A stretch of DNA of 64,000 nt, from the NCBI GenBank assembly GCA_964468585.1, contig CAYXTM010000001.1:108084-172083 (forward strand), written 5' to 3'. The position numbers were made by a program, and so were the translations under genes. The DNA is from an uncultured Thermoplasmatales archaeon (GTDB lineage: Archaea > Thermoplasmatota > Thermoplasmata > Thermoplasmatales > GCA-001856825). The notes beneath the pieces were generated by a model. It was not told where the DNA came from, did not search any database, and saw only the letters and a program-made list of their open reading frames with translations. Shown here one piece after another: positions 59,941 through 64,000 of the stretch (its first letter is position 1; each line of letters starts with the position of its first letter).

Positions 59941-60474
59941 ATGAAGTATTGTCCGAAATGTGGCACGCCAAATCCGGATGATGCAGCTTTTTGCGCTTCA
60001 TGTGGTTCACCTCTACCTTTGACTTCTACCGCACAAAAACCAAGCAATAGTACGACTGGGGGAAGTATGCAACAACCACCTCAGCAATCACAATTTGGAA
60101 ATTATAATCCCTCATCATCTGATCTGATAGTTGTAAGTACACCTTATATTCCCGGCTATAAAATCACAAGGGTAATTGGATTCACTTGGGGATTGATTGT
60201 TCGGTCTAGAGGACTTGGTGGTAACGTGGTAGCATCCCTTAGAACCATCGCTGGAGGGGAAATAAAAGAATATACGCAGATGTTGGATCAAAGTAGATAC
60301 GAGGCGTTGGAAAGATTAAAACAACATGCAAAGACATTAGGAGCAAATGCTATAATTGAAGTGCGATTTGATTCGTCCGAAATAGGACAGGTGATGTCTG
60401 AAATCCTTGCCTATGGAACAGCTGTCCTTGTGGAAAAGTCAGATGAACCTGCTCAATCCGTTTCTCTGATTTAA
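59941..60474 (+). CDS. Zinc-ribbon + YbjQ (UPF0145/DUF74) domain protein
   Basis: MKYCPKCGTPNPDDAAFCASCGSPL, then a P/Q/S linker, then the YbjQ core (IPGYKITRVIGFTWGLIVRSRGLGGNV...GANAIIEVRFDSSEI...AYGTAVLVEK). The track ORF starts at 59893. The ATG at 59941, placing the ribbon at the N-terminus, is more plausible. Confidence 0.75.
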   Translation: MKYCPKCGTPNPDDAAFCASCGSPLPLTSTAQKPSNSTTGGSMQQPPQQSQFGNYNPSSSDLIVVSTPYIPGYKITRVIGFTWGLIVRSRGLGGNVVASLRTIAGGEIKEYTQMLDQSRYEALERLKQHAKTLGANAIIEVRFDSSEIGQVMSEILAYGTAVLVEKSDEPAQSVSLI

Positions 60475-61142
60475 TTTTAAATTCTTTTACATTTTTTCTA
60501 TAAAATTATAATAAACTATATGATTAATTCAGTTAAATATTGCATTTCAATATGAATAGAAATGTTATTTTTAGGACAATGGCTCGGATATCGGAACTAT
60601 CCGATAAATAGCAAGATGCTTCCATTTGAAATCATTCTTTCATCATGAACTCCTCCATCCTCTATTATACATTATTCTCAGAATTTTCCAGATTATACTT
60701 CCTAAAAAATTGGGATGTTTGGTTCTCCTTAATTATTTCTACAATCCAATAAGATTGAAATCGCAATTGACTGTTATAATTCTCTCTTACTATTTTTTAT
60801 AACTTGGTATGCTATCAATTACTCAGTAAGGAAAATTTGAATATTTTCTCCATATGGACTTTCATTCATATAATAAGTATTGGAAAGGAATTCAATTCAT
60901 TCATTAGATATTTTATGTCTATAATTTTTTAAAGTTTGTGCATAATTTTAGATCTCAATCTAGAAATTTATTATTGTTTTAAAACTTAAATTTTTATTTT
61001 GTAAGAATTTTTCACGGCTATAAAAAAATTGATGAAATTGTCTCAATATTTTTAAATAATTATTGTATCATTTTCAATTATAGAATTATCTTCTAGAAAT
61101 CTATTTATATGACATAATTAATAATTATATTGGTAGATTGAA

Positions 61143-62705
61143 ATGGGCGAACATCGCAATCACCGAATGCTTGCCATAAGTGTTCTTGTCTGGATCCTAA
61201 TTCTTGGCATTTCCATTCAGGGTTTACATGCATCGGGTATCTCCTCTTCCATAAACCAATTTAGTCCAGTAACTCCAGAAGTTCTAAATGCTTCTATAGA
61301 AAATCAATCGTCAACGGTTCAATTCAATAGTGGTGGGAGTCTCTACTTCTATACTGCAGTGGATGGAGGGGGAGTTTCTTTGACGAACCCAAGTTTCAAT
61401 GTCCAATCAATCGTTGTAGACGGCAACGGATTTGTTTCTGCAGAAGCAGGCTATTCCACATTAAATAAGGGCAGCGTTAATACCAATGGGGCGGCATATT
61501 ATGCCATAAGTGGTGTTGAGATCGGAAGCACCGCTGGAATAAACACATCCCTGATCCAAGAAACAAATATAGCTTCTAGTTCTAACGGTTCATATGGTGC
61601 TAATTATGCTAACTTGACCTTCCAGGTTGTAGCCTCTAACTCTCTTGTGGTGGTGACTGCGGCTGGATCATCGAACGCTAACCCACACTTCACCTCCAGC
61701 TTTAGCTTAAATGTTCTAGATATGCTGAGCTCAACTGTATCAATCATTCAAGGTTATTCTGTTGTTAATGCAGGATCATATAATGTTTCGGTATCAATGA
61801 CTAATGTTGGTACGAATCCTGATGGAAGTTCTGTCCTTCTACAGGTATATGTCATCCCTCCTGCAAATTTTGCGCCTGCCCAAAAATATCCTGTTTATTT
61901 TAAAGAGAGTGGTCTTCCCTCTGGTACAACATGGCATGTAACATTGGGTAATAAAACTGAATCATCAAGCAACAATACAATAGAATTTAATGTTTATAAT
62001 GGCACATACCACTACTATATTCATCCCGTTAATAACTTATATCCATCACCTGAGTCCGGAAACGTAACTATAAATGGTGGTGTCGCTACAGTAGGAGTTG
62101 CCTTTTATCCTCCCATGGAATATTCAATATCGTTCGTCCCTAATTCCAATATTCAAAATGTGGAATGGTGGGTAACATTCAATGGCACAACAAAATATTC
62201 CAATGGCTCAGCTGAGATAGTATTTTCAGCGGTAAATGGAACCTACACCTATTCTATTGGAGTAGAGAACGGATATAATGTAACTCCCTCATCCGGCCTG
62301 ATCGTTGTAAACGGAAGTTCTGTCATAACCTCTGTTTATATAATTCCAAAACTTTTCACTGTCATAGTAACCGAATCAGGTCTTCCCCCTGGAACAACTT
62401 GGTCAATTACGGTTAATGGAAACCAGTATTCCTCACAGAACAATACAATCATATTACATCTTGCTGACGGCACATATACGATAACCATAAACCCTGTGCA
62501 AGGTTATAGCCCGTCTCCATCGAAACTTAAGGTATCTGTAAATAACGAGAATTCTCAAGTGAAATTTGATTACCTTTATCAGTCACCAGCATCCCTTTCA
62601 ATGATATATTCGCCTTCCATTCTACTTGCTGTTTCTTTGATTGTGTTCCTCATCTGTGCAGCTTTCGTAATGGCCTTAATAAGAGGTGGTAGAAATGAAT
62701 TATAA
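61143..62705 (+). CDS. Surface protein: signal/anchor, ~215-aa N-terminal domain, three GLPxGTTW-type beta-sandwich repeats, C-terminal TM anchor
   Basis: LAISVLVWILILGISIQGLHASG acts as the signal. The repeats are listed separately. The C-terminus is ILLAVSLIVFLICAAFVMALIRGGRNEL. Sequon-rich. Confidence 0.7.
   Translation: MGEHRNHRMLAISVLVWILILGISIQGLHASGISSSINQFSPVTPEVLNASIENQSSTVQFNSGGSLYFYTAVDGGGVSLTNPSFNVQSIVVDGNGFVSAEAGYSTLNKGSVNTNGAAYYAISGVEIGSTAGINTSLIQETNIASSSNGSYGANYANLTFQVVASNSLVVVTAAGSSNANPHFTSSFSLNVLDMLSSTVSIIQGYSVVNAGSYNVSVSMTNVGTNPDGSSVLLQVYVIPPANFAPAQKYPVYFKESGLPSGTTWHVTLGNKTESSSNNTIEFNVYNGTYHYYIHPVNNLYPSPESGNVTINGGVATVGVAFYPPMEYSISFVPNSNIQNVEWWVTFNGTTKYSNGSAEIVFSAVNGTYTYSIGVENGYNVTPSSGLIVVNGSSVITSVYIIPKLFTVIVTESGLPPGTTWSITVNGNQYSSQNNTIILHLADGTYTITINPVQGYSPSPSKLKVSVNNENSQVKFDYLYQSPASLSMIYSPSILLAVSLIVFLICAAFVMALIRGGRNEL
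61887..62573 (+). repeat. Three tandem ~73-78-aa protein-domain repeats within the surface protein (61887-62120, 62121-62354, 62355-62573)
   Basis: The units align by eye. Unit 1: YPVYFKESGLPSGTTWHVTLGNK...NGTYHYYIHPV..YPSP. Unit 2: YSISFVPNS..NVEWWVTFNGT...NGTYTYSIGVENGYNVTP. Unit 3: FTVIVTESGLPPGTTWSITVNGN...DGTYTITINPVQGYSPSP. Confidence 0.75.
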
Positions 62706-63573
62706 TTATCCTCAGTACTCTCAACCAAGTACAAAGAAAGGGAGTAGAATCAAAATAGGACTACTTATAGTTGCAATTGGCCTACTTGGTGGTGCCATTC
62801 CAACATTAGGCGCAGTCCTCTCATTTTTGGTGTTGATTGGTGCAATAATTGTGTTTTTGGGGGCAAGGGATTTATCTAATACATATAGGAAATTTACAAC
62901 TATTTCCCTTATTTTAATTTTTATAATGATTGTAGTTGAGCTATATGCATCAATAAAAATGATAACGACTATGTCATCGCTTGCAAATATGGGAACGATC
63001 CCATATTCATATATCATAAAAATAATTGATCCATTCATCTTTTACATTTCAATAGCTTATATTCTGTTAGGTGCTTCACTACTTCTCATATCCTATCCCA
63101 TATATTTTAAGAATACCAGGTTCATACCTTGGGCTATATACGCCCTTTCATTCATTATTTTCCTAGCGGAAGCATATTCTCAGATGGTTGCACTCAATAA
63201 GATGTATTATCAGAATCTCACAATCTATAATGTTGGAGTCTTTACCAATGCATCTTATGGATTGGATGATGGTGCAGGAATCTTCATGTTTCTATGGGCA
63301 ATTGCTATATTCATTGCTTATTTTTATTCTAGGAGAAGATTCCCAAAAATAATACCTCAATTTGGTCCGTCTCAGCCTATGCCAGACCAATATTATGCTC
63401 AGAATCAGCCCTTCGAATCTCGCGTTCCTCAAAACGCTCCTCAAAATATTGACCAAAACACAACAGGTCAAGCAAATCTTGGTCTGCAAAATGGTAAATA
63501 TTGCCCCACATGTGGCACACTAAATGCACCTGAATCTAAGTTCTGCGTCAGGTGTGGATCCAGGCTTCAATGA
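62695..63573 (+). CDS. Polytopic membrane protein with a Q/P/N-rich tail and a C-terminal zinc ribbon
   Basis: About six hydrophobic helices, then PQFGPSQPMPDQYYAQNQPFESRVPQNAPQNIDQ, ending KYCPTCGTLNAPESKFCVRCGSRLQ. The track start is GTG 62686. The ATG at 62695 is preceded by GAGGTGGT (SD-like) and overlaps the upstream gene by 11 nt. Confidence 0.7.
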   Translation: MNYNYPQYSQPSTKKGSRIKIGLLIVAIGLLGGAIPTLGAVLSFLVLIGAIIVFLGARDLSNTYRKFTTISLILIFIMIVVELYASIKMITTMSSLANMGTIPYSYIIKIIDPFIFYISIAYILLGASLLLISYPIYFKNTRFIPWAIYALSFIIFLAEAYSQMVALNKMYYQNLTIYNVGVFTNASYGLDDGAGIFMFLWAIAIFIAYFYSRRRFPKIIPQFGPSQPMPDQYYAQNQPFESRVPQNAPQNIDQNTTGQANLGLQNGKYCPTCGTLNAPESKFCVRCGSRLQ

Positions 63574-63718
63574 CCATTATACTTTAATTTGATTATTTAT
63601 AATAAATTTATTATTATCAATATTTTTAGATTCTTCGCCATAAATCTCCATCAAGAAATCGTAGGATGACTGAAAAAAGATTTAACAAAATACTATAACT
63701 TCTGGATAAGTGCAGGAG

Positions 63719-63790
63719 AGGGTAGGTGGGGATTCGAACCCCAATAAACGGGATCTGCAGTCCCGCGCATCGCCGCTCTGCCACCTACCC
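63719..63790 (-). tRNA. tRNA-Cys (anticodon GCA)
   Basis: The reverse complement folds as follows. Acceptor stem GGGTAGG/CCTACCC with discriminator T (U73, a Cys identity element). A 3-bp D stem GCA/TGC with a G13:A22 mismatch. Anticodon stem CGGGA/TCCCG with loop CTGCAGA. T arm TGGGG-TTCGAAT-CCCCA. Confidence 0.85.
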
Positions 63791-64000
63791 AGTGGTTCCG
63801 TTATTTGGTTCCTTTACATAATATTTTACTATCTCTTTTGCCTTCTCTTCATCATCCCTTACATAATCCATCAACCTCTTCATGAAAGTAAGATTGTGAA
63901 CTGTAAGGAGGTACTGGAATTGTGAGTCTTCATTCTTAAGCAGTTCCCTTAGCGCGCTTTTATGATAGTATTGACAGGTTTCACATTCACAACCTTTTTC
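63785..64000 (-). CDS. tgt: Partial CDS (5' end outside the window): tRNA-guanine transglycosylase family (archaeosine TGT catalytic domain C-terminus)
   Basis: Not in the ORF track. My minus-strand translation from nt 64000 reads EKGCECETCQYYHKSALRELLKNEDSQFQYLLTVHNLTFMKRLMDYVRDDEEKAKEIVKYYVKEPNNGTTG*. This carries the TGT zinc motif CxCxxC...H followed by HNL. The stop TAG is at 63787-63785. Confidence 0.7.
   Translation of the reverse strand, partial: EKGCECETCQYYHKSALRELLKNEDSQFQYLLTVHNLTFMKRLMDYVRDDEEKAKEIVKYYVKEPNNGTTG

Noticed and set aside
60620-60632. Replication-origin ORB-like element TTCCATTTGAAAT, resembling the TTCCAGTGGAAAC core
   Set aside because: It is a single imperfect copy with no inverted partner and no orc1/cdc6 gene nearby. 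AT-richness alone is not sufficient evidence.
60640-60646. C/D-box sRNA in the long spacer (minus-strand ATGATGA C-box)
   Set aside because: No CTGA D-box and no terminal stem lie at the expected 50-70 nt distance on that strand.
63710-63925. 71-aa plus-strand ORF
   Set aside because: It overlaps tRNA-Cys on the opposite strand and is antisense to the tgt-family reading frame, which carries a clear CxCxxC...H zinc motif.
1-64000. CRISPR arrays, IS elements/transposases, integrases, prophage or rRNA genes
   Set aside because: Reading both strands, I found no regularly spaced direct repeats, no transposase- or integrase-like ORF and no rRNA-like sequence. All long ORFs are accounted for.

Overview
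AT-rich archaeal chromosomal segment, densely coded and mostly housekeeping. By inference it comes from a wall-less acidophile of the Thermoplasmatales, probably Ferroplasma-like. The clues are an MGMT-EndoV fusion gene, charge-poor sequon-rich exoproteins and the A-type ATPase gene order. Contents: a giant AglB oligosaccharyltransferase with a coupled surface protein. A full A1Ao ATPase operon in the order K-E-C-F-A-B-D-H-I. A six-gene tyrosine/homogentisate operon. pheT-nog1-gltX. A 2-oxoacid dehydrogenase operon bracketed by lipA and lipB and followed by a GNAT-ACD fusion. rps6e-aIF2gamma. fixCX-etfBA. thiI-rnz-(ogt/nfi)-truA. Four tRNAs: Gly-CCC, intron-containing Met-CAT, Thr-GGT and Cys-GCA. 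I saw no CRISPR array, IS element, integrase or rRNA. The best candidate for something undescribed is the accessory-looking 57.4-63.6 kb block. It holds a zinc-ribbon-less Band_7_1 (YdjI-type) SPFH protein with a 166-aa helical partner. Three neighbouring genes surround it, each fusing the same C-x2-C-x10-C-x2-C zinc ribbon to a different module (PH-like, YbjQ, polytopic membrane). This may be a membrane-stress or scaffolding system, loosely paralleling Bacillus pspA-ydjGHI. Other items worth a second look: the 2034-aa AglB, a tgt stop codon lying inside tRNA-Cys, a tRNA-Thr with a TCC T-loop, and the heme-oxygenase-like, Fe-ADH and methyltransferase genes added to the homogentisate operon. 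All family calls rest on motif recognition by eye; no searches were run.
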